From: Vicugna vicugna | Lineage: Eukaryota | Direction: 5' to 3' | Assembly: GCA_013265495.1 (NCBI GenBank) | Contig: MU058065.1 | Location: 6,572,302 to 6,636,301 of the forward strand | DNA: 64,000 nucleotides | Shown here: one piece after another, positions 62,662 through 64,000 of the stretch | Layout of the letters: each line of letters starts with the position of its first letter | Numbering within the stretch: the first letter of the stretch is position 1 | Translations under genes and position numbers: made by a program | Notes under the pieces: model-generated | Databases searched by the model: none | Told to the model about the DNA's origin: nothing | Seen by the model: only the letters and a program-made list of their open reading frames with translations

Positions 62662-63367
62662 CTGCAAGGTAGAAAGAAAATCGTGTTGGCAGGAAGAAGG
62701 TTGGGGAAAAGAAGAATCAAAAACACAGAACTCGGAGGGACTCTGATGTGGAAAGCCTGCCTCCTAGGAAAATGCTCTTTCTTCTGACTATACAAAAGGT
62801 AACCCCCTTCTCCCAAGAGTCCAGGAGTGCCCCCAAGGGAGAAATTCCCACATACATTCCACTGGCTCTTCTATTGTCCTGTTACGAAGTTCTTTCTGGT
62901 ATCTTCCCTCTATCCCTCCTGCTGCTACTGTAGTACATGCCCTTTTGCTTCTGAACTGGGGAATAGTGGATCACGGACCTTCTTTAGAAAAAGAGGGTTT
63001 ACAGCTTGTGCTCCTCAGCATCAGGGTCCTGTGGCAGTGTGGCAGGACAGGGGCGGATAGGACTCTGGCATCTTCTTCCCAGAGGGCAGACCTATAGCCC
63101 CTTTCCTTGAGCTGCCTCCTCTGGCTGTGAACTACCTTTGCAGGGAAATGCCCCCTCCAGGCCCCAGGTAAGCCTCACAGACACAGCCCCTGTGCCCAAG
63201 AGGCTCCCAGGGCATGAGTTGCCCTTACTCTTCTTACAGCCCTCAGGGCCTGGCACACATGATCCTCAATCCACATCTGCTGCAGGCTCTGGCCAATGGG
63301 GGTTGAGGTGCTGGGAGGTTCTCCAGCCTCAGAAGGTGAGCTGGAGGTAGAGGGAGCTAGTAGTTAC

Positions 63368-63513
63368 CTCTTGGTGCTGGCATAGGGGGCCTTCCCACCC
63401 AGGGCCATCCAGAAGTTGGCCGGCTCCTGCCCTTCCACCACCACTTGCTTCTCGGTCCGGGAGACGGTGTCAGCAACCATCTTGGCCATCTCCCGTTCGT
63501 CCCCACTACAGCC
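63368..63513 (-). CDS. VIL1: VIL1 coding exon, gelsolin repeat 5 ([49 protein letters not shown])
   Basis: EGQEPxxFWxALGG motif; AG/GT boundaries, 146 nt; upstream exons lie beyond the window. Confidence 0.97.
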
Positions 63514-64000
63514 CTGGGAAAAGAGGGGGCAGCTGTGCTGGGGGAGAACATCTTGAGTGCCACGCCTCCCCCACCCTTCCACCACATTCACTGGCCCAGA
63601 GCTCCAGGGTCTGGGAGGCTCTCCTGGAACAGGGTGCCCCACACACTGCCCACGTGGGGACAGTTCTCCCAACCTCTCCTCTGTCCTTGGATGAGGACAC
63701 TCCAAAGAATGGCAGAGGAGACAGGAGAGTCTGCACTCTCCCCACCTGGCAGGAGAAGGCATCTAAGAGACTGAGAGTCCTCATGTCAGAGATAAATGGG
63801 GAGGTAGTGAGAGTCACAGGGAGAGTGGGAGAGAGCCCAAGACACAAGGACAGACCAACACTGGACAGGCAGGGGTGGCCAGAGACAAACAGAATGAGAG
63901 AGACCTACTCAAGACACAGAGCAGAAAATCTAAGGATGGCCAGACCCAGAGCCGTGGAGGAGAGAGGCGGGCCGCCGGGAGAGAGGCGGGGAAACCAGCG

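Overview
This is a mammalian genomic window, most likely camelid (alpaca/llama/camel). That inference rests on 11 copies of a tRNA-derived SINE resembling the camelid Vic-1/VicSINE family. It holds the 3' ends of two convergent spliced genes. On the + strand are the last 18 coding exons of the deubiquitinase USP37 (4039..49955, about residues 227-979 in human numbering). All GT-AG junctions are phase-consistent, the catalytic Cys and His boxes, three UIMs, KEN box, CDK site and DSG degron are intact, and a ~4.5 kb 3'UTR follows. On the - strand are the last 6 coding exons of villin-1 (VIL1, 63513..55339), ending in the headpiece KKEKGLF*. The introns are filled with ERVL/MaLR, L1, L2, MIR, hAT/MER elements and SINEs; subfamily names come from memory of consensus sequences and are approximate. 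I found no CRISPR array, rRNA, true tRNA or prokaryote-type system, and most ORF-track entries are spurious. The best leads are back-to-back poly(A) signals where the two genes meet, inverted SINE pairs around stop-free in-frame exon circles, a cryptic fourth UIM-like motif, and an in-frame skippable exon carrying the CDK site. All are hypotheses from sequence only.
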